A DNA stretch of 64,000 nucleotides from Eledone cirrhosa (GCA_964016885.1 OZ024740.1:276272001-276336000); one strand, 5' to 3'; shown: positions 12,847 through 25,193, counted from the stretch's first letter. The notes: generated from the sequence alone by a model not told the origin. Numbers and translations: made by a program.

Positions 12847-14663
12847 TGTGACAAAAATTCCCAGTCCTCGCTGTAAAGTGGTCGTGTTGGTATCATGACA
12901 AAAAGTTCCCAGTCCTCACAGTAAAATGGTCGTTTTGGTGTAAATATAAAAGGCATCCAGTCCACACAATAAATATGCTTGGCATTAGGAAAGGCATCCA
13001 GCTGCAGCAACCAAGCCCCAAACAGTTCTGTATGATCAAAACACGGTTATCTGATTTGACTTATCTCACAACAGGACAACCTCTCTAAACCACACTAGTG
13101 TGGAAAATAGATGTTAAGCGGTGATGATGATGATGATGAACAATCATACAAACTGGGAAAATTGTGGTGGTGGTGGTGGTCGTGATGGTGGGGGAGATAG
13201 AGAGAAAGATCACAAGAGAGGGAGAGAAATCGTGCCAGTGTGTATGTCTGTATATATGTATATGTGTGTGTGTATCTATGTATGTGTATGTGTGTGTGTG
13301 TGTGTGTGTGTCTGTCTGTATCTATGTGGATATATGTGTGTGTGTCTTTATGTGGATGTATGTGTATATGTGTATCTGTATGTATGTGTATGTGTGTGTA
13401 TCTGCATGTATGTGTGTGTTTCTGTATCTATGTGGATGTATGTGTGTGTGTATCTGCATGTATGTATGTGTGTAAGTGTCTGTATCTGTGTGGATGTATG
13501 TGTATGTGTGTCAGTAAAAGAAGAATAGAAGTAGTTAAACGAATTACTAAGTCATTTGGTGATCAACAGGTGCCGAAAGTTGAATTATTTTTTCATACAT
13601 GGGAATTCCCCCCTCTTCTTTTATGTTTCAACTAAACACAAACATATAGTTTAGTTTTTCATTGAATTTTAAAACACAACAAAACTAAAAAGAAATATTT
13701 CTAAATGCAACATCCAGATATTTCAAAAGCCCAGCTGAGGTAGTTGAATTATTTCCAATAGACAACTAGGAAAACAGTTTATGTCGGTTTAGTTTATTTT
13801 TTAGCAAAAGATCAGCTGTAGATACATCTCCTCTCCCACAGGGTATATTATCAGCAGAATTGAACTAAAGTGAAGTATAATGTAATGAATGAATCTGACA
13901 GGGAAATTAACATTGGCTTGCATGTTTGTCCCACTAGAAACCTATTTCTAATCTGGGAAATAATAGTAATGATTTCTATTATAGGCAATTTGGGGAGAGG
14001 GGAAAGTCGATTAAATCGACCCCAGTACATTACTGGTACTTTATTTCAACCACCTCCTTAAGGATGAAAGGCAAAGCTAACCTTGGCAGGATTTGAACTC
14101 AGAACGTAAAGGGCCGTAACTCTATGCTGCAAAGCATGGTGTCCGACGCTCTACCACTGCTGCCAATCCAGCACTCTCTGGGAAATAATGATAATAATGA
14201 TGATAGTAATTGTTTCTACTTTTGGCACAAGGCCAGCAATTTTTCAGTACATTACTGGTACTTTATTTTATCATAAGGATGAAAGGCAAAGTTAACCTCG
14301 ACGGGATTTGAACTCAGACTGTAAAGGGATGTAACTATGCTAGAAAGCATGGCATCCAACCCTCTACTGATACTGCCAATTCACCGCCCTTAATGATGAT
14401 AATAATAATGATTGTTTCTATATTTGGCACAAGGCCAGTAATTTGAAGAGAAGGAGTAAGTCGACTCCATTGCATGTTAATGCTTCTGATAAAGCATTAA
14501 CATCCAATTCATTTAAACTTTTCTACTATATCAAGTGGTAAACTGATATATAACTTCATAGTACTCTATCATTTTGCTGTGTTGTTTATCCATTTACTTT
14601 TCGCAAACAAATATGCATATATATTTATACACATGTATATACATATATATGTATATACATGTG

Positions 14664-14714
<51 letters not shown>

Positions 14715-15188
14715 GTCTCTACTTTAGGCACAAGGCCAGCAATTACCCAGTGCATTACTGGTACTTTATTTTATCGACCCCGTAAGGATGAAAGGCAAAG
14801 TCAACCTTGGCGGGATTTGAACTCAGATCGTAAAGGGACGTAACTATGCTGGAAAGCATGGCGTCCGACCCTCTACTGATACTGCCAATCCACCGCCCTA
14901 ATATATATATAATCATCATCATCATCATTGATTAACGTCTATCTTCCATGCTAGTATGGGTTAGACGGGTCCCATTTAGAGGCAAGTTGGGTCTGGTGAC
15001 AATGTCTCGCTCATATAGGAGTGTTTCTGGCTGGCTTTCTACAGCTGGATGCCCTTCCTAACGCCAATATATATATACACACACATCCAATACTGCTAAT
15101 TGAATACATGTCGTTTTCTCAAACTTTTTGTTCCGTTCCTTCCCTTTCTCACTCTATCTTTCTTCTTCATCTTTTATTTCTCATTCTA

Positions 15189-15224
15189 TCTTCTGATGAT
15201 GAACTAGTGTCCGAAATGTTAAGA
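15189..15224 (+). ncRNA. minimal hammerhead ribozyme (family H4)
   Basis: UCUU CUGAUGA U GAAC UAGU GUCC GAAA U GUU AAGA. Confidence 0.7.
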
Positions 15225-15298
15225 CTCTTTTCCTACAATATCAAACATATTTTTTCATTGTACTGTGTCATTTGTTTTACTATATCTGTATAATTTTT

Positions 15299-15342
<44 letters not shown>

Positions 15343-15685
15343 AACGGATGTAAAAAGCAATGATGATATATTTGTATATATATATATATATAAATACATA
15401 TATATATACACATAAATATATATATATGTATATATATATATTTATACACTTAAGATGAGAATGACATAACACTTCCTTAACAACAGAACTATTAATATAG
15501 AAAAAGAACTAGAGAATTCAAAATAGTCAAAGAAACTGGTTTTTAAGACGTCAGAAATGTGTTCAGTTTAATCTTTGGTATTAGAAAGTATTTCGTTTGT
15601 TCAGAATATCTTACATGAAGTTGTTTCTTAATATATGTTCTAACTATATTTGTGACATGCACACTTACATATTTATATACATACA

Positions 15686-15765
<80 letters not shown>

Positions 15766-15807
15766 GTTAAATAAAAGTCAAATGATTAAAATTTAGCTTC
15801 GTTTATT

Positions 15808-15862
15808 ACTGCTATAGATATTTCAGTGACAGCCATCTTTGGCTGTGACCTCTTCAGGCAGT
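15808..15862 (-). ncRNA. minimal hammerhead ribozyme (family H2)
   Basis: ACUGC CUGAAGA GGU-C-ACAGCCA AAGA UGGCUGU-C-ACU GAAA UAUCU AUA GCAGU. Confidence 0.85.
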
Positions 15863-16043
15863 TTGAATTAGTATGGTATAGACAAGTACATATGTTGTTT
15901 AGGTGTATAATATTGTCAATACTCTGATATGCCCAGTTCCTTGTTGGGTTGTTAATTCACTGAGGAACTGGAATCATATCAGAGTATTGACAATATTATA
16001 CACCTAAACAACATATGTACTTATCTATACCATACTAATTCAA

Positions 16044-16098
16044 ACTGCCTGAAGAGGTCACAGCCAAAGATGGCTGTCACTGAAATATATATAGCAGT
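16044..16098 (+). ncRNA. minimal hammerhead ribozyme (family H2)
   Basis: ACUGC CUGAAGA GGU-C-ACAGCCA AAGA UGGCUGU-C-ACU GAAA UAUAU AUA GCAGU. Confidence 0.88.
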
Positions 16099-16285
16099 AA
16101 TAAACGAAGCTAAATTTTAATCATTTGACTTTATTTTACACTACTCCGGAGTAACCAAACCAACCTGCGCACTTCGTCGAGTGCTCCAGTCTGCATACTG
16201 AGGTGTTGGTATACAACCAACATAAACTCAAAATCTCTATATATATATATATATATATATATGTTTGTGTGTGTGTATATATATG

Positions 16286-16338
<53 letters not shown>

Positions 16339-16381
16339 CAATGATAATAATAAATGGAAACTATATTTATAAAACCATATT

Positions 16382-16442
16382 TATTTTATTATATATATTT
16401 CAAGGGTACCAACATTTTGGTACGCTCTCATCAGATAAAATA
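16382..16442 (-). ncRNA. minimal hammerhead ribozyme (family H1)
   Basis: UAUUUUAU CUGAUGA GAG-C-GUACCAA AAUG UUGGUAC-C-CUU GAAA UAUAU AUA AUAAAAUA. Confidence 0.88.
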
Positions 16443-16527
16443 CAAAATTTGTTTTATAAGAAACCAGACCTTATTGGTTCAGGTTCAGTTTGGATATATA
16501 TGATATATATGATATATATTTGATATA

Positions 16528-16574
<47 letters not shown>

Positions 16575-16893
16575 ATATGCATATATAAGTGTGGTTGTGT
16601 TTTTGTTTCCTTAAATAATTGGAGAAGCCATTCTCTTTAAATTCTAAAGAAGATAAAATTAATTTTCCACATTACTTAAGCTTAATATCAACAAAATTGC
16701 AGGTTGTTTGTCTAGTTAAAATATGTAAATATTCTTCAGCTATTTGTGAATTAATATAGAAAATATCTATAAAAACCTAAGAAAATCTAATTTGGTACAT
16801 CTAGATATAAAAAAAACTTGCATGGTAGAAAAAGTTGCTGACTTTGAATATGAAGATATTTTCAGTGTCTAATCTTTTTTCTTCTTGTCATAG

Positions 16894-16929
16894 TAATCAG
16901 TGCAACTATCTTTGGAATATTTGATATCT
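16894..16929 (+). other. candidate 36-nt upstream (5'UTR) exon of Mef2
   Basis: Polypyrimidine tract tctttttTcttcttgtcatAG| and |GTAAGT donor in non-repetitive DNA. Splice signals only. Confidence 0.4.
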
Positions 16930-18583
16930 GTAAGTATGATTTTATATTTACATATATGTTTCTATTGTATAGTTGAGGAAGATATGGATGGTGTCTATGA
17001 TCATTTTCAGAGTCTCTGAGACAGGTGTGAAGTGAGGGAATTCCAAATAGAATAACAAATAAATATAACCATTATCATACAAGCAAGGGATGGAAGTTAT
17101 GAATAGATATTACAGCTCTCAGCTAGGCAGGTCTAACTGGTTTCCAATGAGGTTACATCTCATAGGAGGCTTAATGATTGGGGCCTTATTCCTATCATGA
17201 AGTACAACATAAAAAGAAGCATATTGCTCAAGAATATAATTTCCTCTTGGTCTAGAAATCAAACCCATGACCTTATGACTAAACACTGGTCCACTTACCT
17301 TTACTCATGATCATTCCAGTCTATGGAAACAGTTTGTCTTTTAATTGCGTTAATGTTTTTCAATATAAGCGTTTAATATAGAATTAAAGGAATGTTTTTC
17401 ATAAGTTTTATAAAGAATAACCAAAATAGCAAGTAGTTCTTAATACTATAAGACCTTTTAATTATCTAAGTCCTCTAAAGTCTGTCTCAAGCCTGGAAGC
17501 TCGTCAGGCCGGTGTTTATCCCGGTTTCATGGCATGAAGCAACAGAGAGTAAAAGACTTTCCCCTGGACAGGATGCCAGTCCATCGCAGGGTTAAACCAG
17601 CAGCTATTGCTGGTACTCATTTTCAGCTGAGTATACTAAAGCAACGTGAAATGAAAAGTGTTTTGCTCAAGAACACAACACACAACCCAGCCCAGGAATT
17701 GAACCCACGACATTATGATTGTAAGCCCAACTACCCTTGCCACAAGACCATGTGCCTCCATATATATTTTACTAAGCCAATATGGGTCAGAAATTTTTAC
17801 ACTATTATGCCTATGAGGTAAACCAGGAGAGTGTAAATAACAATACTTGAATTATATAATCTCAAGAGAACGGCATGATGAAAGAAAATAAATAAATAAC
17901 AGCCTCAATTAGTGTTATTTAAAGTTATCCAAAATTGTTTAAAACCTTGCACTCAAATCGACTTTCATTTTTTCTTTGTATTAATATTTAACAAAAGATC
18001 TTTCAACAATCTGGTAAAGGCTAATAGAGCTGGTGCATGGCTTTGTGGCTAGGATTTTCAGCTCACAATCATAAGCTCATAAGTTTGCTTTCTAATGGTG
18101 CTTGCATTCTTGAGCAAGACACTTTATTTCATGTTGTTCCAGACTACTCAGCTGTCAAAAATGAGTTGCACCTATAATTCAAAGAACCAGCTTTATCACA
18201 CACTGTGTCCTGCTGGACGTTCCTGAAAACTATTGGCAGAGTCGTTAGAAATATCAGATAGAATGCTTTATGCTATTCATTTTGGTTCTCTGCTGTCTGA
18301 GTTCATATACCATTGAAGTAAATTTTGCCTTTCATCCATTAGCGATCAATAAAAAAAAAGTACCAGTCATGTACTGGGGTCAATTCTTCCTCTATATCTC
18401 TTTCTCACTTTCATTCTCTCATTTTCTATCCTTCTCTACGGAGAAATTTGCTATATTCTGACCTGGGGAGGAGATGAGCTCTGCCGGGTTTAAAAAAATG
18501 TCCTAGAATTGCGATATGTCAATACAATGCCCCTGTGACTCCCTTGGAGTTACAGGATCATATGTATGCATATATATATATAT

Positions 18584-18998
18584 ATATAAACGTTTGAATT
18601 TGTAAAGCCAAACAATGCAGGTATGGACATAGAATAAAAAATGCAAATGCAAAAGATATTGTTGACAATTAGTCTTTTACCTTAGATTTATTTAAATGTC
18701 CTTAATTTTCGAGATAATATCTCTTCTTCGGAGGGAAGTAAAGCGGTTAAACCAGTGTTCTAAATAGCTTCCAAGCTATGTAGAACACTGGTTTAACCGC
18801 TTTACTTCCCTCCGAAGAAGAGATATTATCTCGAAAATTAAGGACATTTAAATAAATCTAAGGTAAAAGACTAATTGTCAACAATATCTTTTGCATTTGC
18901 ATTTTTTATTCTATGTCCATACCTGCATTGTTTGGCTTTACAAATTCAAACGTTTATATCTCATTACACAATGCTTCAAGTAAACTATAACTTCCTCC
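18584..18998 (+). mobile_element. fold-back element: 376-bp near-perfect palindrome (18584-18959) plus ~40-bp tail
   Basis: Centre TTCTA-A-ATAGCTT CC AAGCTAT-G-TAGAA. Flanked by (TA)n. Variant HHR in each arm. Confidence 0.88.
18809..18843 (+). ncRNA. variant hammerhead (CCGAAGA core); mirror copy at 18700-18734 on the minus strand
   Basis: CCU CCGAAGA A GAGAU AUU AUCUC GAAA A UUA AGG. U4>C core change. Confidence 0.55.
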
Positions 18999-19482
18999 AT
19001 ATATATAGTATATAATTGTTTCTACTTTTGGCACAAGGCCAACAATTATCCCAGTGTATTACTGGTACTTTATTTTATCGACCCCGTAAAGATGAAAGGC
19101 AAAGTTACCTCGGCGGGATTTGAACTTAGACCATAAAGGGCCGTAAGGAGTTGACGGACCCAGCATATTTATCAATGCCAGGACTGGTTGTATCTCAGCG
19201 TACTCCATGGACAATGTAAGATACATTCCCAAAGTATACACATAGTTATTCGCGTTCACTACAACACATGTAAAACGGGTGCTATAATAGTTCCCGGAGT
19301 GTGTGTGCACATACATGCACAAGTGAATGTTATTATATTACTATAATGATATATTATCCTGCTGCTATCTTATGTTTTGCTGCATCAGATTTGAATCTCA
19401 AAGAATATGCCATTATGTGTAAAAAAACAAATAATCATCCTCCACAGTGTGTGTGTGATTATAAATTTGGCTTGTGTGTGTG

Positions 19483-19543
<61 letters not shown>

Positions 19544-21004
19544 AGGGGGAGAGAGATTGTATGTACGTTGTACGTGTTTATTTTTAAACATGAATAAGAT
19601 TATCTAAAATTATTTCTCTGTGAACAGACTGCTATTTCCAAGGAAACCACTCACTTTAAAGGGCTACTATTTAAATTAAAATCTGCCAACATAATTTAAT
19701 AAGGGTATCTTTTATTAAGTTATATTACCAATACCATAATAATAATGATATAATTAATAATTTAGTAAACCTCTCAAAACTCTTTATTAATTAATTCAAA
19801 TACAGTGTATCTCATTAAAAAACTAGTAAAACACCGTCGCTATGCTGCCAATAAAATATTGTTAATCATGTAGTACCCTTGTTATTATGACGTTACTGTT
19901 ACTGTATTACACTAAACTACCTATCTATCTTTCATACACTCTCTCTCTCGCTGTATTTCTCTCTCACAACAACTTTTCACACATATATGTAGGAGGGGAA
20001 AAAGGAGAGGAGTGAAAGATGTTGTTGTCCAGAAAGAAATTCAGTGAGAGAGGAGGAGAGTGTGTGTGTGTGTGTGTTTGTGTGTGAACGATAGAGAGGT
20101 GGTAGAGTGTTGACACCATAGAAACGAGGTTTTGACAGACATGCACTTAAAAGTCATTGTTTCTCTTTCCAATAACAACTTTTCTTCTTCCCTCCTATAT
20201 ATAAGTTGTGACAAGGGTTATCTCCCCTTTTTATTCCCTTCCCTTCTTCCCTCCTACATAAATGTTGTGATGGACAGACAGATGTAGATCAGCTTGTCTT
20301 TTAAGATATAGATATGGTAAGGAAACATTTACATCTAAACAATTGTCACTTTCCCTATCAACAGTATCTCAAAGATGCAAGTTTTTCGTCCCCTCAACAG
20401 TCTTTTTTTTTCAAAGCAAACTAACCTCAATACCATATTCAGCTATATTTTGTCACTATTTAATGTCCATTTTTTCCACGCTGGCATGAGTTAGGTGAGT
20501 TTGGGTCAAGTCAGATCAGATGACAGTGTCTTGCTCTTACGGAACTGTTTCTGACTTGATTTTTACAGCTGGATGCCCTTCCTAACTCCAGATTGCCAAT
20601 TCACTGCCTTTAGGTGCATGGGGGAAGTGGGAAATATATTTTTTTTATGTTTATATATGTTAGTTGCTTTTTTTTTTTAACACTTCTTGAATAAACAGAT
20701 TGACATCTTCATGCTTACTTTGTGTGTAATGAAGCAATCTGTCTCTCTCACTCTATCTTTCTGTTCTTGCTCTTTCTTTATTTCTCTCACTTGTGTGTAT
20801 GTACACACATATATATATAATATTATATATATATACTGTATATATATTATATATATATATAATATATATATCTATATATATATATAAATGTGTGTAGCTA
20901 GATTGATAGAGAGAGAAAGAGATGGTATACAATATACAAGGACAAGGACAATATGAAAGACAAGTTAAACAATATACATAATTACACACACACACACTGG
21001 CATA

Positions 21005-21037
<33 letters not shown>

Positions 21038-21330
21038 GTTCACGCTGTGTAATGTGCCGTGTAGGCAACACGGTAAAAAACCTCCCAGCCCCCACACTGT
21101 AAATGTGGTTGGTGTTAGGAAGGGCATCCAGCTGTAGAAAACCCGCCAGATAGTCCTATGTGAGCAAGATAACCACTCTTGCCTCAAGTCGGAAAACCCC
21201 CGTCCAAACCCATGCAAGCGTGGAACACGGACGTTAAACGATGATGATGATGATGATATATATATAAGAAAATGAGGTTTTCTTTTACAAAATGAAAAAG
21301 AAAACAAGTGAAAGTATAGGAAAAAATGTT

Positions 21331-21395
<65 letters not shown>

Positions 21396-21589
21396 GGGAA
21401 GAAAATATTCGACTGTGAACATCTACGGTTCTGCTCATGACCACACCGGTGTGAAGTCATGAGCAGAAAAGCGTAAAAGCTCATGGTCAAATATTTCCTT
21501 CCTATATCTGTCACTATATATATACATGTGTATCTGTAATTATATATATATATATAGTTTAATTAGTCTTTCACACACACATATATATA

Positions 21590-22005
21590 TTGCAGAAGAT
21601 ATGCGATGGCTTGAGAGAAATGAAGCAATTATTTTCTGTCGGATGTGCAATGCCAATGTGCATGAACGACCAGGCATAGACGAGTTGAGAAAGAAACTGG
21701 ATATAAGAGGGATAAGTTGTGGGTGTGCAGGAGAGAAGGCTGAGATGGTATGGACATATGATGCACATGGAGGATGACCGCTGGGTAAAGAAGTGCCAAG
21801 AAATCCCAGTAGAAGGAAGACGCAGTAGAGGTAGACCACGGAAAACATGGGCGGAGGTGGTGAGAGCAGACCCCAGATCGCTGAAACTCACAGTGGAGAT
21901 GACGAAGGACCGTGACAAGTGGAGAGATGCTGTGGCTGAATAGGATACGGTCCAACCCTTGCAAGCAGGGAAAAGTGGACGTAAAATGATGATGATGATG
22001 ATAAT
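21590..22005 (+). mobile_element. RTE-clade LINE 3' fragment
   Basis: ERRLRWYGHMMHM...GRRSRGRPRKTW...DRDKWR, frameshifted, (ATG)n tail. Confidence 0.88.
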
Positions 22006-22024
22006 GATATATTATATTATGTAT

Positions 22025-22290
22025 ATCATCATCATCATCATCATCATCATTTTACGTCTGCTTTTCCCTGCTTGCAAGGGTGGGACAGGTCCTATTCAGC
22101 ACAGCATCTCTCCACTTGTCACGGTCCTTCGTCATCTCCACGATGAGCGTCAGCGATCTGAGATCTGCTCTCACCACCCCCGCCCATGTTTTTCATGGTC
22201 TTCCTGTACTACGTCTTCCTTCAACTGGCATTTCTTGGCACTTCTTCACCATCGGTCATCCTCCATGTGCATCACATGTCCCATACCATC
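22025..22290 (-). mobile_element. RTE-clade LINE 3' fragment, tail-to-tail with the previous copy
   Basis: Diverged reverse complement of ~21745-22000. Confidence 0.85.
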
Positions 22291-22557
22291 ATATATATAT
22301 ATATATATATATCATCATCATCATCATCCGTCGTTTAACGTCTATCTTCCACGCTAGCATGGTTTACACCATATATATATATGTATATATGTATATATAT
22401 ATATGCATATATGTATATATATATAAATGTGTGTATATATATGATTCCAGTTCCTCAGAGGAATAACAACACAACCAGGAGCTGGAAATATCGATGTATT
22501 GACGGAGTAAAACACACTTCAACAACATGTGTACCTGTCTTTTCCACACCAATTTTG

Positions 22558-22607
22558 ACTGCCTGAAGAGGTCACAGTCAATGATGGCTGTCACCGAAAT
22601 ATATATA
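22558..22607 (+). ncRNA. hammerhead (family H2), 3' strand of stem I deleted
   Basis: ACUGC CUGAAGA GGU-C-ACAGUCA AUGA UGGCUGU-C-ACC GAAA UAUAU AUA. Stem II changes keep pairing. Confidence 0.7.
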
Positions 22608-23566
22608 AACAAAGCCAAATTTTACATCATCATCATCTTCATTTAACGTCCATTTTCCACGCTAGCATGGGTTACATTTGATTTAATTATTTTATATATA
22701 TATATATATATATATACACTAACCAAAATGCTCTTAGTTACTAAAAAAGAAATATCTTAGACTATCTTCTCTATAACATAGTTTTGTTTTGTTCATAATT
22801 GTTTCTACTTTAGGCACAAGGCCAATTACCCAGTGCATTACTGGTACTTTATTTTATCGACCCCGTAAGGATGAAAGGCAAAGTCAACCTTGTTTTGTTC
22901 ATAATGTTTTATTGCTGCAGTAAATGCTGCCGCATGTTTTTCATGTTCTGCATTTTATCACGATATGTTTAATTATTTTAACAATCTTTTAAATTAGAAT
23001 TACTGAAATAAAAGTACAGATACTATAATAGGAAATATGTTTGTTCTGTTAGGAGCAATTTTGTTTGTTTAAATATTTTTCATTTGTAAGTAGTGTGACA
23101 TATTCTATTGATATCTCTTATCAGTGGGTGCAGGTATGTGGGCGTCTATAAGAACAATCAAAATTTCATTTACATTGTTGTGTGTGTAGGTATATGTGTG
23201 TGTGTGTGTGTGTGAGTTTGTATGTATATGTGTATATGTATATATATATATATATGTGTATATGTATATATGTATATATGTATATATAGGTGTATATGTG
23301 TATATACATATATATATATGTATATATATGTATATGTATATATGTATATATATATATGTATATATGTATATGTATATATATGTATATATGTATATATATA
23401 TATATATGTATATATGTATATGTGTATATATATATAGATATATAGATATATGTATATGTATATATATGTATATGTGTGTATATATATAGATATATGTATA
23501 TGTATATATATATATATGTATATGTGTGTATATATATAGATATATGTATATGTATATATATATATA

Positions 23567-23614
<48 letters not shown>

Positions 23615-23938
23615 TTTATATTTATAGAAAGAGAGAGAGAGAATAATAAACATATGCGAACATATATGTAGTTGATTGCTCAGACTTTTACGAAGCAGTG
23701 AGTGGATAAAGGGAATATAAAGGGTGGTGTACACTGAAGAATTGTACCTGAAATTCTCTCAATAAAAAATATCTACATGTATAATATCTTCATTAAAAAA
23801 ATATGTTACTAGTATTATATATATATATTGTAGTATAAACTTAGTATAAATATCCAAGTTTTTTCTTGCATATAGCTGAATGAGTTGGGAAAAGCAACCT
23901 AAAGAAACTTAAGTCTTATATTGTAACTGGTGTAACTG

Positions 23939-23979
<41 letters not shown>

Positions 23980-24060
23980 ATAATAATAAATTTGAAGACT
24001 AAATAATAAATTTGAAGACTTTAATCTGTTATTTTAATAAATATATATATATATATATAT

Positions 24061-24443
24061 GGAGGCACATGGCTTAGTGGTTAAAGCATTGGCCTATCAA
24101 TCGAAAGGTTGTGAGTTCAATTCTCAGACTTGGTGATGTGTTGTTTCCTTGAGCAAGACACTTTATTTCACATTGCTCCAGTTTACTCAGCTGTAGAAAT
24201 GAGATGATAGGACTGGGGTGCCCATCATTCCACTGCAAAGTGGTCGTGGAGGTGCCACGGCAAAAAAAAAAGCACCCAGCCAAACGCTGTAAAGTGGATA
24301 TGTAGGCGCCACGGCAAAAAAGCACCCAGCACTCACTGTAAATAAGGTTGGTGTTAGAAAGGGCATCCAGCTGTAGAAATCAACTCAGAATCAGTTCCCA
24401 TCCCACCCTTGCAAGCAGGGAAAAGTGGACGTATGATGATGAT
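24061..24443 (+). mobile_element. SINE family B (related copies 17490-17760 minus, 18030-18200, 33021-33175, 36050-36313)
   Basis: Same head, core and tail, with an internal tandem duplication. Confidence 0.85.
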
Positions 24444-24588
24444 ATATATATATATATATATATATAAAATCTCTCCAAGATGGCTGACTGAATACACACG
24501 TGTGTTTTTTTTCTCCCCAATTTTTTTCTCATTTTCCCGCGTTCCTTCCTCTCATCACTCTTTACTTTGCCTTCTATTTCTAACTCTA

Positions 24589-24624
24589 TCTTCTGATGAA
24601 GGACTAGTGTCTGAAACATTAAGA
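24589..24624 (+). ncRNA. minimal hammerhead ribozyme (family H4)
   Basis: UCUU CUGAUGA A GGAC UAGU GUCU GAAA C AUU AAGA. Confidence 0.72.
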
Positions 24625-24700
24625 ATCTCTTCCTGCTATTTCAAGTGTTAAACTAATATATTTCTTCCACATACTGTGCTGTTTGTTTTGTTATTACTTT

Positions 24701-24752
<52 letters not shown>

Positions 24753-25139
24753 ACATTTTTTTTACATAATCCCATTGAACCACATGCAGAGAATCTAAAC
24801 TAACTGTAACACATTGCACAAAATTGAATTATCCAGTTAAATAAAACTAAAACTAAATCCACAACAGAAAATATTTCATACCTGAGACTTTCAACAGGTA
24901 TCTTTGTCCACAACAGTATCAGAGGCATGATACAATATATATATAATTACTCCTCACACACTCCTACCTAACAACTAAACTCAAATTATTTGTTTATTAC
25001 TATCACATGTTTGACAAAGTTGATCTAATAAAATTGTATTTGTGATTACAGAACTTGAAAGTGGTGATTCTCAAATCAACCACTCTATATTGTGTTCAAG
25101 TGGAACCCTAGAACCTCCAAAATTTTGACAACAACGGAA

Positions 25140-25193
25140 ATGGGAAGAAAAAAGATCCAAATATCCAGGATCGGCGATGAAAGGAATCGGCAG
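25140..25193 (+). CDS. Mef2: Mef2 (MADS-box transcription factor), first coding exon
   Basis: ATG GGA AGA AAA AAG ATC CAA ATA TCC AGG ATC GGC GAT GAA AGG AAT CGG CAG|GTAAGC = MGRKKIQISRIGDERNRQ, the MEF2 N-terminus, with the conserved phase-0 intron after Q18. Likely acceptor TTACAG| at 25051 with a CTAAT branch-like motif at ~25025, so the exon is ~25052-25193. The next exon (VTFTKRKFG...) was not seen in the window. Confidence 0.95.

Larger units (their letters stand above)
15774..16237 (+). mobile_element. fold-back HHR element: 158-bp arms (15774-15931/15975-16132) plus tail
   Basis: Arms are near-perfect reverse complements, each with an H2 hammerhead. Flanked by (TA)n. Confidence 0.88.

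Noticed and set aside
19270-19690. MEF2 autoregulatory sites (CTATAATAG, CTATTTAAAT)
   Set aside because: They do not fit YTA(A/T)4TAR, and such near-matches are expected by chance in AT-rich DNA.
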